Notes under the pieces: model-generated
Database searches by the model: none
What the model was told of the DNA's origin: nothing
The model's input: the letters and a program-made list of their open reading frames with translations, nothing else
Shown here: positions 9,847-18,318 of the stretch, in pieces
How the letters are laid out: the number at the start of each line of letters is the position of its first letter
How positions within the stretch are numbered: the stretch's first letter is position 1
Source of the DNA: Escherichia phage ZH4
Direction: 5' to 3' (one strand)
Sequence record: OM355495.1
DNA length: 39,496 nt
Translations under genes and position numbers: made by a program

Positions 9847-12204
9847 TTAGACGGAACGAGCTTTCTTAGCGTATGACGCCTCCCAGCCACACCCAACGAT
9901 TGACACTGGGGTAGGATAGTCGGACTCTAAGGTTAGACTCGTGGTTAATGCGTTACCATTCATAGCGAAGCGATACTGCCCGTCACCAATGTTTGTAGTC
10001 CCGATGGTTTGCTGACCAAGGGTGTACCCATTAAAGGTGTTCACGAACTCCCGCTCACCGTTTCTGACAATTAGTCTCAGAGCACCAGTGTCCTTGTAGT
10101 TGACCCAAGCCCGACGAAGCTGTAGGCGACCAGTGTCTTCGGACTGAGTTCCACTATCATCTTCAATCTTAATCAGGAACCGTGAAAACTTGTAGGACAT
10201 CAGATAAGGCCGCCCGATGAACACTGTGCGTCCTGACCAATCGCCGTTGAGGATAACCACAGAAGAGATACTGGTCAAGTACCCAAGGTCAACATAGGCA
10301 CCCTGACTGTCAATCAGATAGTACCTACCGGGAGACGGAGCGTTGCCACCATAAGCAGCACCAATGTCAACCGTAGTCTTATAGGTGTCAGCATTATATG
10401 AGCCAATTGGAATTACCATAGACACCTTGGAGTCAATGTGTAGTCTATATGGCTCTGACGGGAAGTCAGTTGCCTCCTTGATGAACTTAAGGTGCTCAAG
10501 GTCCACTCCGCCTTGGTGCTGACGAACGATGAACATGGTAGAGCCGATAGAAGCAGACGCCAGAATCTTATCATCTTTAGGGAACTCCCAGTGTGACCAA
10601 GATGCTTGAAGCTGTACGCCATCCTTAAACAAGAACTTATAGATGTAGATTCGGTTGTATGCACCTGTAGAGTTGACGCAGATGTAGTTCTCAGTACCTG
10701 TACCTTGAATATCGAACACCCCGTTAGGGATGTAGGACAGTACGTGACCAGTTGTATCATCGGCATCCTTCACATCAGACACATCGGCTACAGCGAAGTA
10801 TCGCTTAATGCTGGTGAATGACCCCCGAGGAGCTGAGAAGAAGACTGAGCGTCCTACAGCGAACGGTCTGGCATTCTCGCCTAAGGCAAACTCTGAGCCT
10901 ACATCGAGCTGGATAGACTTCGAGGTAAGGATCCCAGAGCTCGTCATCACGAACTGAACCTCATCCGACCAAAGTAGTAGCTGCTCACTAAACGGAACGG
11001 CATACTTAAGGATTGAGATTCGAGGGTGACTTACAGCTACATCAATAGGGTCATCATCACTCAGTGTCGCCACACTCTTAGGGAAGAACGCAAAGTAGCT
11101 TGCTGAACGGCTCATTATTACGTTCTCGCCAGACAAGAACCCAAGTCTGTTCCTGTAGAAGAACACATCATTAATCGCAGCATCCACGAAGCTAGGCATA
11201 GGGTTTGTGTCATCGTTACCAGCACCACGTTTTGACCAATCCAGAGTCTTAAACTCAAAGGATCCATCAGGCTGTCTGACCAGAGCATGTGGCATTGTGG
11301 TGACATCAAAACCAGTGACAACTCCCGGCTCCACTGTCTCCTTCCACGTCTTAGTGTTGGAGTCATACATCACGTAGTATTCATCGGAGCTACTGTTTGT
11401 CTCACCTTGAATCTTAATGATATACCCATTAGGAGCGGCAAGAGGTAGTTTAGAGATTGTCTGCACAGTGTCTAGGACTGGGCTTATTAGCTGGTTAGCG
11501 TATCCATCCTCCGTCTCCACTGAGTTAATATCGGTCCCTGAAGGAGCTGTGATTAGCAGGAAGCCAGACCCAAGGTCAAACGTGAAGTCAGGATAGGCAG
11601 CAACAAGAAGGTCTCTCAGAGCTGAACCAATGGCTTGAGCGTCCACCTTAGGTGGGTCATTCTCGGCATCATTACCTGCTGGTAGCTTATGCGAGACCTT
11701 AACGCCACCGTTGATTCCCACCTTAAGGGTTCGACCATACTGTCCACCACGAAGGTTAATTAAAGCTCGTGATTTGCGGTTATAACCAGAGTGTGACTTC
11801 TCGCTTCCACCTTTGACGACAACCTTACGGTTAACGACGAACGTATAGTCTGCCACGGTAACGACACGGATGTCATCTCGTGGGTTGGAGGACTTAACGT
11901 AGTCTACCACACCAGACACTAAGTATTGCTTACCACTCAAGTCAACTACCTGAATGTTGTACCCGTTGAACACGATGTAATACTGCTCATGCTCGTCACG
12001 GTTAATCAGGTGGAACTTAGGGTTACTCCCAACGTCGATGTTAAGACGTCTCTTGAAGACTGTAGGTGGGCGCTTCTGTAGGCCATCACTCTCGGATGAC
12101 CAGCAGTTAACCTGTGCCTCGCCTTGGTCTGAGAACCTCAGTATGTCAGGCTGCTGGCTAATGCCACCTTTAAGATTTTTGATTGATTGAGTAATTAGTG
12201 GCAT
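9847..12204 (-). CDS. Tail tubular protein B (T7 gp12 homolog), 785 aa
   Basis: N-terminus MPLITQSIKNLKGGISQQPDILRFSDQG... versus T7 MALISQSIKNLKGGISQQPDILRYPDQG; conserved throughout (HLINRDEHEQYY, RLQLRRAWVNY, IVGCGWE). Confidence 0.95.
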   Translation of the reverse strand: MPLITQSIKNLKGGISQQPDILRFSDQGEAQVNCWSSESDGLQKRPPTVFKRRLNIDVGSNPKFHLINRDEHEQYYIVFNGYNIQVVDLSGKQYLVSGVVDYVKSSNPRDDIRVVTVADYTFVVNRKVVVKGGSEKSHSGYNRKSRALINLRGGQYGRTLKVGINGGVKVSHKLPAGNDAENDPPKVDAQAIGSALRDLLVAAYPDFTFDLGSGFLLITAPSGTDINSVETEDGYANQLISPVLDTVQTISKLPLAAPNGYIIKIQGETNSSSDEYYVMYDSNTKTWKETVEPGVVTGFDVTTMPHALVRQPDGSFEFKTLDWSKRGAGNDDTNPMPSFVDAAINDVFFYRNRLGFLSGENVIMSRSASYFAFFPKSVATLSDDDPIDVAVSHPRISILKYAVPFSEQLLLWSDEVQFVMTSSGILTSKSIQLDVGSEFALGENARPFAVGRSVFFSAPRGSFTSIKRYFAVADVSDVKDADDTTGHVLSYIPNGVFDIQGTGTENYICVNSTGAYNRIYIYKFLFKDGVQLQASWSHWEFPKDDKILASASIGSTMFIVRQHQGGVDLEHLKFIKEATDFPSEPYRLHIDSKVSMVIPIGSYNADTYKTTVDIGAAYGGNAPSPGRYYLIDSQGAYVDLGYLTSISSVVILNGDWSGRTVFIGRPYLMSYKFSRFLIKIEDDSGTQSEDTGRLQLRRAWVNYKDTGALRLIVRNGEREFVNTFNGYTLGQQTIGTTNIGDGQYRFAMNGNALTTSLTLESDYPTPVSIVGCGWEASYAKKARSV

Positions 12205-12213
12205 AGGCCCTCC

Positions 12214-12441
12214 TTAAATCATACTCATTAGGACGTATCCTTCAGCGATGTCACCAACGTCAGCAATGTGGATAACCTTACGAGCTACCTGTTGTCCAGT
12301 ATACCCGTTGTCCCACTCATTCAGGATAAGCCAATCGCCAACCTTAAAGTCCCGGTCGTTAAGTCTCAGCTCTGCTGTCTTTAGACCTAGCTGTACCGGA
12401 CCAAAGTGCTTGCGGTGAATCTTCAGGTTGTGACTAGCCAT
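12214..12441 (-). CDS. DUF3850 / ASCH-PUA-like small protein (75 aa), inserted between genes 11 and 12
   Basis: Sequence LKIHRKHFGPVQLGLKTAELRLNDRDFKVGDWLILNEWD...GYTGQQ fits the DUF3850 pattern as I remember it; RBS GGAGG; start overlaps gp11 stop (TAATG). Confidence 0.65.
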   Translation of the reverse strand: MASHNLKIHRKHFGPVQLGLKTAELRLNDRDFKVGDWLILNEWDNGYTGQQVARKVIHIADVGDIAEGYVLMSMI

Positions 12442-13007
12442 TAGTCCCTCCCGATGTCAGACATCATGTTGTAGCGACCAGTGTCCATCTCGTACTCCAT
12501 AACCTGCTGATAGAGTTCTGCTTCCTGCTCACGAAGGTATAGCTCTGACTCTGGGCTACCGAAGAACTTAGCGTTGAACTCTCGGCTAGCTTTAGTGACG
12601 ATGTAGTCCCTGAAGACCACAGGCATCTCGGAGAATGGCTTCATCTCCACAAGCTCTACCGTGATAGGGTCGGTGAAAGTGGTTGACTGAGTGGACAGGT
12701 CGTACAGGTATCCACCCATGTTGCTGTAGTAGCTGGTGGCCCCAGCAGTCATTATCCGAAGGTATGACGGAAGGAATCGAATCCTATTGTCTTGGACATC
12801 AGGTGTCAGGACAGCAGCTTCGTTGATGTTAAAGTTCCAGCCTTTAGCTTGGACCTGACGATTGACACGATGTAGGATACGTTGAGCGTTCGAGACGTCA
12901 GCGTTCCCCTCGTCAAGCTGTAGGACTGCTGGTTCACCGATAGCAGCTAACATATCGTTGATGGCATCTAAGTCATCGTTAGCATTCAGTGGAATGTATT
13001 GAGCCAT
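12441..13007 (-). CDS. Tail tubular protein A (T7 gp11 homolog), 188 aa
   Basis: Similarity to T7 gp11 (AIGEPAV..., NAQRILHRVNRQVQAKGWNFNI, YIVTKASREFN, MEYEMD.G.YNM); RBS AGGAG. Confidence 0.9.
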   Translation of the reverse strand: MAQYIPLNANDDLDAINDMLAAIGEPAVLQLDEGNADVSNAQRILHRVNRQVQAKGWNFNINEAAVLTPDVQDNRIRFLPSYLRIMTAGATSYYSNMGGYLYDLSTQSTTFTDPITVELVEMKPFSEMPVVFRDYIVTKASREFNAKFFGSPESELYLREQEAELYQQVMEYEMDTGRYNMMSDIGRD

Positions 13008-13026
13008 AAGTCTCCTCTCACTTTAA

Positions 13027-13068
13027 GCAAAAAACCCCTCAAGCACCCGAAGGCACCCAAGGGGTTTC
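13027..13068 (-). terminator. T-phi-like intrinsic terminator after gene 10 (minus sense AACCCCTTGGGTGCCTTCGGGTGCTTGAGGGGTTTTTTG)
   Basis: GC-rich hairpin with UUCG loop followed by a U6 run, immediately after the predicted 10B stop; closely resembles T7 T-phi (CCCCTTGGGGCCTCTAAACGGGTCTTGAGGGGTTTTTTG). Confidence 0.85.
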
Positions 13069-13070
13069 AA

Positions 13071-14245
13071 TTAGTTGTTGGACTCAGCCAGTTTAGCGGC
13101 CCTGTTCGCAGCACGAGTACGCGCAGCTTTCTGTTGGGGAGTTAGAGTCTCCTCTTCAGGTGCAGCCGCTACTGTAGCGACGTTAGGTTGGCTAAAGGTG
13201 CTTACGCCGCTGGGCTGAAAACCAGTGCGCCAGCCGCTTCAGGACGCAGACCACCGTGACCCATAGCGTACTTACCAACAATCAGGTCGCCCTGAGCATC
13301 TACGTCACGGTCACGTTCCAGCGCCAAGTCACGCAGCTTCACAGTACCCACAGCAGAACGGTGAGAGAACAGACCAACAACGTTGTCCAGAGCAACTTTA
13401 ACGTCACCAGTAGCAGTAGCCGGGAATGCATGCTTCTGACCAGTCGCAATAGTGATACCATCATCACCACGAGTTTCACCAGCACCACCCTGAGTCAAGT
13501 GTGGAACTTCAACAACAACGAAGCCCATCACGTTACGGATGTTACCAGTCTCTGGGTCAATCAGCGCAGCATAGTTAGCAGCGTTCGGCATCAGAGCCGC
13601 GAGGATTGCAGAGTAGTTGTCCGGCGTGGTGTAGAAGTAACGGTCGCCAGCAGGAACGTAGTTGGAGGTCAGCTTCGCACGAGCAATGGTCAGTTGACCG
13701 ATGATTGCTTCACCCAGTTTAGCCGGGGTGTCGAGATCAGCTTTCTTACCAACTTCCAGTACGGACGCAGTACCCAGACCAGCGATGTTCTCGTTGGATG
13801 CAGCCGGTAGGTTACACAGGATAGCCATTTCAGCCAGCACCGCACCATCAGCAGCGATAGCCAGAGCTTCACCCAACTGGTTGGAATACTCGCCAGCCAC
13901 GTCATAGTGGTTCATCGCGTCTTCAATGTCGAAAATCATCACATCGGCAGTCAGCAGACCATCAATGGTAATCACTTTCTCGGTATGTTTGATACCTTTA
14001 CGCTTATCGGACAGTCGCTCACCCGGAGCCAGATACACACCAGAGGTGCGACCCATGACCGGGAACTGAGCAGACTTACCGTTCTGAATGGTACGGACAA
14101 TATGCTTGTCAGCAGTTACAGAGCGGCGAGTGAATGCGGTCAGGACTTCACCAGCAAATACCTTCAGGAACAACGCAAGAGCGTCGGAGCTGGATTTGCC
14201 TTTACCTTGGTCTGTACCAATTTTCTGACCCGGAACGTTTGCCAT
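13071..14245 (-). CDS. Minor capsid protein 10B, predicted by -1 frameshift near the end of 10A (about 395 aa)
   Basis: Slippery GGTTTTC at 13217..13223, five codons before the 10A stop. The -1 frame stays open for 52 codons (QPSGVSTFSQPNVATVAAAPEEETLTPQQKAARTRAANRAAKLAESNN) to TAA at 13071..13073, just before the terminator. Mirrors T7 10A/10B. Confidence 0.7.
13202..14245 (-). CDS. Major capsid protein 10A (T7 gp10A homolog), 347 aa
   Basis: Very strong similarity to T7 gp10A (GKSAQFPV.GRT, HTEKVITIDGLLTADV, AALMPNAANYAALIDPE, HRSAVGTVKLRDLALER, KYAMGHGGLRPEAAGA); RBS GGAG. Confidence 0.97.
   Translation of the reverse strand: MANVPGQKIGTDQGKGKSSSDALALFLKVFAGEVLTAFTRRSVTADKHIVRTIQNGKSAQFPVMGRTSGVYLAPGERLSDKRKGIKHTEKVITIDGLLTADVMIFDIEDAMNHYDVAGEYSNQLGEALAIAADGAVLAEMAILCNLPAASNENIAGLGTASVLEVGKKADLDTPAKLGEAIIGQLTIARAKLTSNYVPAGDRYFYTTPDNYSAILAALMPNAANYAALIDPETGNIRNVMGFVVVEVPHLTQGGAGETRGDDGITIATGQKHAFPATATGDVKVALDNVVGLFSHRSAVGTVKLRDLALERDRDVDAQGDLIVGKYAMGHGGLRPEAAGALVFSPAA
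13217..13223 (-). other. Putative -1 programmed ribosomal frameshift site (GGTTTTC) for capsid 10B
   Basis: Heptamer in codons CTG GTT TTC, same position and sequence class as the T7 gene 10 frameshift site. Confidence 0.65.
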
Positions 14246-14347
14246 ATGATAATTCTCCTATTCAATTGAAAGATAAAGTTTATTACTTACTGTATGCCCA
14301 ATCCGTATGGACTGAAGTAATAGGGAAACCTTTAGTCTGTCTATTGG

Positions 14348-14370
14348 TCTCCCTATAGTGATAGTTTAGT
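14348..14370 (-). promoter_or_regulatory. Phage RNAP promoter (phi10-like), minus sense CTAAACTATCACTATAGGGAGA, +1 near 14353
   Basis: Perfect consensus copy upstream of the major capsid gene. Confidence 0.85.
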
Positions 14371-14371
14371 C

Positions 14372-15256
14372 CTACAGGCTTGAGGCAGCTACCTTAGCGC
14401 GAACTTCCATCGTGTACTTAGTGTCACGCAGGTATCGCGGGTCACTCATAGCCTTAATCATGTCAGCCTTGGAGCTGAATGCTTCGGTCTGAGGAGCCTT
14501 AGGTGCGACCACAGGTTTAGCCTGAGTGGTGATGGTACGCTGAGGTTTAACACCCACAGCTTTACCCAGAGTCTTGCCAGCCAGATTCAGCAGAGCTTTG
14601 GTAGTAGCAATGTCCTTACGAACGATAGCAGCTTCAAGTGCTTCACGAGTCGACGGGTCATTGGACTCAAGGTGAGACAGGATGCGATTAAACTGTTCAG
14701 CACCACCAGCGTAGCGAACCACACCAGCAGCATACTGTTCAGCCAGTGCTTCCTGACCACGGACAAACGAATCTACGAAACGCTTGGTGTAGCCTGCTTC
14801 CTGCAACTTAGCGTAGGATGCGTCAGACAGCTTACCGTCCTTGGCGTATTCAGCCTTGATAGCGGTAATTTCATCAGCAGTGACCTTGCCAGCTTCTACA
14901 GCAGAATACACCATGTCGTCGAATGCAGCTTCGTTTTCATCCAGAGCGGTGACACTTTCGGTCAGCTCTTTTGGTGCATCACCCAGTTCGATGAACTCAG
15001 ACTGCTCACCATCGGGCTCAGACTCTTCGTCATCTGACTCTTGGTCTTCTTCACCTTCAGTCTCTTCGACGTTTTCGTCTTCTTCGGTCGCCTCTTCGTT
15101 TTCGGCTTCCAGTTGCTTGAAGGTAATAGCGTCATCGCCATCGCGAACAGCTACGTCCTGTTCAAGCATAGACTTCTGGTGTTCGTTCAGGTCCTCAACG
15201 GAACCAGTGATTGCATTAGAGCTAACGCCGAACTCGGCATAAACTGATTGAGACAT
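14372..15256 (-). CDS. Capsid assembly / scaffolding protein (T7 gp9 homolog), 294 aa
   Basis: Highly acidic protein between portal and capsid genes; RBS GGAG; position and composition as T7 gp9. Confidence 0.85.
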   Translation of the reverse strand: MSQSVYAEFGVSSNAITGSVEDLNEHQKSMLEQDVAVRDGDDAITFKQLEAENEEATEEDENVEETEGEEDQESDDEESEPDGEQSEFIELGDAPKELTESVTALDENEAAFDDMVYSAVEAGKVTADEITAIKAEYAKDGKLSDASYAKLQEAGYTKRFVDSFVRGQEALAEQYAAGVVRYAGGAEQFNRILSHLESNDPSTREALEAAIVRKDIATTKALLNLAGKTLGKAVGVKPQRTITTQAKPVVAPKAPQTEAFSSKADMIKAMSDPRYLRDTKYTMEVRAKVAASSL

Positions 15257-15343
15257 TGAGTCATTCTCCTTTGGTAGTTAATAGGTGACGGGACAGAGTA
15301 TGGTAGCTCCCAGTGGCACACTCTCGGTGAATGTGTGTCCCGT

Positions 15344-15366
15344 TGTTCCTATAGTGATAGTTTAGG
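15344..15366 (-). promoter_or_regulatory. Phage RNAP promoter (phi9-like), minus sense CTAAACTATCACTATAGGAAC, +1 near 15349
   Basis: Consensus copy overlapping the portal gene stop, upstream of the scaffold gene. Confidence 0.8.
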
Positions 15367-16930
15367 CTTGCGCCATGTCCTCACCAGCTCCCTGACCTAC
15401 AGCAGCGCCCATGTTAGCACCAGCAGCAGACGCACCGTTGACCACAGCTCCTTGAGCGGATTGTTCAGCAATACGTTGCATCTTCTCGTCCTGAGTCAGC
15501 AGAAGACCAGCAGTGTCAATGCCTAAGGCATTCAGCAGTCGCAGCTTCAGGGTCGGCAAGTTGATGTCTGGATCCTGAGAGAGCTGCTGAAGACCAGTCA
15601 TCATGTTGACTGCCTGAGTCAGCTTCTCCAAGTCCTGGCCACGGCCCAGAGCTTCCAGACCAGTTGAGACCGTAGGCTCTACCGCTTCTTTCGGAAGGTC
15701 AGGAATCATGCCAGCAGACTGAAGCTGGTTCATCAACACACGGACGATAGGTAACTGAAGCTCTTGTGACTGTACTGAGTACACGCCACCTAAGGTCGCC
15801 TCCAGTTCGCCAGCAACATAACGAATCTCTTCAGCAGTGACTCGCTCAGCATTACGCTGAACAGCACTATTAAGAAGGAAGGCCCAGCCTAAACGTTGCT
15901 CGATAGCGTCAGCCACCGACTTGGCAATCGTAAAGTCCTGACCCTTCGTCAGTTGCAGGAAGTTGATGTCCTCAACGCGACCAGCCACGAACTCACCTGT
16001 AGCCGCCTTGTTCAGACGTCGAGGTTGCGTGATACCGTTCGGGTTAACGAGGCCCACCACCTTGGAGGCTACCTTAGCCATTTTGGTGATAGCTTCTGTA
16101 ATCGTCTCCAGCGAGTTCAGGTCTCCAAGATACTCCTCGCAGTAAGAACGACCATAGTCTTCACCATCCAGTCGAACCATTCGTACCGGGATGTACGGAC
16201 ATGCAGTCAGTGGATAAGAACCATCGGTCCCTGTTACCTCAATGCCTTCCACTTCCTCGTAGCGTAGATACTCGTCGTCCTGACGGTAGATGTGCGTATA
16301 CACTTCCAACTCGGTGTCAGGCTCATAGTCGTCTGCGTTGAGTTGAGACTTCACGTCTTCCGGTAGAGCACTAAACGCTACCTTGTCGAGAGTCACAATC
16401 TGCAAGATGTTACCGAAAGCATCACGTTGAACAACGTAGGACGTTAAGCGATACATACGCATCGGGCTGTAAGTTCCCTGTTCAGGCTCTGGAATGTAGA
16501 GAAGACAGTTACCGGAGACGATAAGCTGCTTCAGAGCTTCGAACAGTGGCACACGGAAACTGTTTGTCTCCATGTAGGCCATCAACACACGCTCGACCAT
16601 AGCCAACCCTTCGTCAACACGAGCAGCAGCCTCTGAGTCCTGACTCAAGGTCTTGGCCTCATATTCGGAGACTGTCAGTCGCATCCACGGTGACTGAGGA
16701 AATAATGCCAACATCAGCTTTGCAGCCAAGTTGTTCAAACAGCGAGCACCTACAGCTTGCCACGGAGTCGTGTATTCCGTAGACGAGTTGTCGGACTCCT
16801 TAGGAAATAGTGACGGGATAGTGACAGCAGCACAGTTCTGAGCTCGCGTCTCATATGGCTGTCTACCGTTCTTCAGTCGGTCATAGACCGCTTTGGCTCC
16901 TTCAGCAGCGAACCCTTCACGTTCAGCCAT
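15362..16930 (-). CDS. Portal (head-to-tail connector) protein (T7 gp8 homolog), 522 aa
   Basis: Strong similarity to T7 gp8 (YETRAQNCA, TPWQAVGAR.LNNLA.KLMLALFP, YRLSSYVVQRDAFGN, CPYIPVRMVRLDGE.YGRSY.EEYLGDL); RBS AGGAGG. Confidence 0.97.
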   Translation of the reverse strand: MAEREGFAAEGAKAVYDRLKNGRQPYETRAQNCAAVTIPSLFPKESDNSSTEYTTPWQAVGARCLNNLAAKLMLALFPQSPWMRLTVSEYEAKTLSQDSEAAARVDEGLAMVERVLMAYMETNSFRVPLFEALKQLIVSGNCLLYIPEPEQGTYSPMRMYRLTSYVVQRDAFGNILQIVTLDKVAFSALPEDVKSQLNADDYEPDTELEVYTHIYRQDDEYLRYEEVEGIEVTGTDGSYPLTACPYIPVRMVRLDGEDYGRSYCEEYLGDLNSLETITEAITKMAKVASKVVGLVNPNGITQPRRLNKAATGEFVAGRVEDINFLQLTKGQDFTIAKSVADAIEQRLGWAFLLNSAVQRNAERVTAEEIRYVAGELEATLGGVYSVQSQELQLPIVRVLMNQLQSAGMIPDLPKEAVEPTVSTGLEALGRGQDLEKLTQAVNMMTGLQQLSQDPDINLPTLKLRLLNALGIDTAGLLLTQDEKMQRIAEQSAQGAVVNGASAAGANMGAAVGQGAGEDMAQA

Positions 16931-16941
16931 TAGTCACCTCC

Positions 16942-17196
16942 TTAAATAGAAATACCGCCACCAGAAGTGCGAGAGACCTGAAGGCTACGCTTACCGGAAC
17001 GCTTCACTTTCTTCCCGTCAGATGCAGTCACTTCGGTATCCACATCTTCAACTTTTTCGGTCGGGACTTCCACTGGTGCTGCTGGTGCTGGGGTCTGAGC
17101 CTCAACAACCTTAGGTGCATCATTAGCTCCAAGACCAACGGTCCCTAGCGTACTTTTCACCACTTTCTTGAATGCCTTGCTGATTGATTTACCCAC
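16942..17196 (-). CDS. Tail protein (T7 gp7.3 homolog), 84 aa; probable GTG start
   Basis: MGKSISKAFKKV... and C-terminal SRTSGGGISI versus T7 gp7.3 (MGKKVKKAVKKV...ARSSGGGINI); RBS AGGAG. Confidence 0.8.
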   Translation of the reverse strand: MGKSISKAFKKVVKSTLGTVGLGANDAPKVVEAQTPAPAAPVEVPTEKVEDVDTEVTASDGKKVKRSGKRSLQVSRTSGGGISI

Positions 17197-17593
17197 GATT
17201 AATCTCCTTAATTGTTACGATGTCTACCGACCCTGAAACATGCTTGACACGAGAATACCAGCTAAGACCCCAACGCTTGCACTCTTCGTCTATGATGTGC
17301 CTGACAGTCTCAAGAACCTTGCGGGAGGACTGCGAGTCACGACGAATAGCGACGATTGAAAGGTCAATACCGGGAGTCGGTCGGTGCCAAGATGCGGTAG
17401 CCAGCATGTAGAGATACGCTACTGGTTGACCTGATACATCGTAGATTGTGTATTCTTCACCGTCGAACTCGTCAGCCATACGGTAGGTATGAGCCTTGAA
17501 GTCCTCGAATGACTTGAAGTTAGACTGCCCGTCTTCCCAGAGGCGACAAGCGCACATGTGGCGACCTTCGCGTGAGTTGAGATATGGTAGCAT
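17189..17593 (-). CDS. T7 gp7-position protein (virion/host-range protein), 134 aa
   Basis: Track ORF between genes 6.7 and 7.3; assignment is positional, with size similar to T7 gp7. Confidence 0.55.
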   Translation of the reverse strand: MLPYLNSREGRHMCACRLWEDGQSNFKSFEDFKAHTYRMADEFDGEEYTIYDVSGQPVAYLYMLATASWHRPTPGIDLSIVAIRRDSQSSRKVLETVRHIIDEECKRWGLSWYSRVKHVSGSVDIVTIKEINRG

Positions 17594-17597
17594 TGTC

Positions 17598-17822
17598 TTA
17601 CCCCATGTTGACGCCAGAGTTACGCATAGCGCGACTTACTGACGATTTATCTTTAGGTGCAGACTCCTTCTTGACCTTCAGGTCTTTGATACCTTTGGTC
17701 TCGTTGGTGTCCACATCCGATTCAGCCCCGATGTCAACTGACGCAACTTCCTCACTCAGAGGTGCTGGTTCAGGTGCTTGGACCGAAGGCTTCGGAGTGC
17801 TAATCTTTGGACTGAAACACAT
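17598..17822 (-). CDS. Virion protein gp6.7 homolog, 74 aa
   Basis: N-terminus MCFSPKISTPK... matches T7 gp6.7 (MCFSPKIKTPK); RBS AGGAGG. Confidence 0.8.
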   Translation of the reverse strand: MCFSPKISTPKPSVQAPEPAPLSEEVASVDIGAESDVDTNETKGIKDLKVKKESAPKDKSSVSRAMRNSGVNMG

Positions 17823-17836
17823 AGTCCCTCCTACAG

Positions 17837-18109
17837 TTAATCGAACTGAACGGTATCTTTCAGCTCACGACGCATAGCAATCGCAGAGTCGAGAGTGTCA
17901 GAGCAATACTGGAGACCCTTGATGAATCCGGCAATGAACGCATCGCTGTAGCCCTGCTGCTTGAGGAGACTGATAGCTCCCGTCTTCTCAGCGTAGCTTG
18001 CGTTGAATAGTACGTGCAGGAACTGGATGGCAGACTGGGAGATGTTCGGGACATCAAGTCTTTCTTCCTGTAACTGCTTAACAACGTTTTCAATAGCATT
18101 AATAGCCAT
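17837..18109 (-). CDS. gp6.5-position hypothetical protein, 90 aa
   Basis: Track ORF with RBS AGGAG directly downstream of a phage promoter, as for T7 gene 6.5; no recognisable motifs. Confidence 0.55.
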   Translation of the reverse strand: MAINAIENVVKQLQEERLDVPNISQSAIQFLHVLFNASYAEKTGAISLLKQQGYSDAFIAGFIKGLQYCSDTLDSAIAMRRELKDTVQFD

Positions 18110-18170
18110 CTTGAATCTCCTCTTTAAGTTAAGACTAAAGTCTATCTTATAGTCATATCTTAGGTCCTAA

Positions 18171-18193
18171 AGTCCCTATAGTGATAGTTTAGT
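18171..18193 (-). promoter_or_regulatory. Phage RNAP promoter (phi6.5-like), minus sense CTAAACTATCACTATAGGGACT, +1 near 18176
   Basis: Consensus copy between exonuclease stop and gene 6.5 start; likely start of late (class III) transcription. Confidence 0.85.
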
Positions 18194-18318
18194 GTTTCAC
18201 CTATGGATGACTGTGGATTGATAGGATATGACTATCGGCTAGACTCAGTGTTTAGGCCGGTTGTTCGACCCGAACCACTTGTACATGCAGTAAAGGGCCA
18301 GAAGTCCGACCCAGTAAA

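Noticed and set aside
10413-10766. 117-aa minus-strand ORF inside the tail tubular protein B gene
   Set aside because: Alternative frame within a highly conserved gp12 homolog; no independent support.
13256-13810. Plus-strand ORFs in the six-frame track (for example 13256..13810, 14841..15242, 33712..34233 and all other '+' entries)
   Set aside because: Every one lies antisense to a well-supported minus-strand gene with T7 homology, and none has a convincing ribosome-binding site. I treat them as chance antisense ORFs; the genome appears to be coded entirely on one strand, as in T7.
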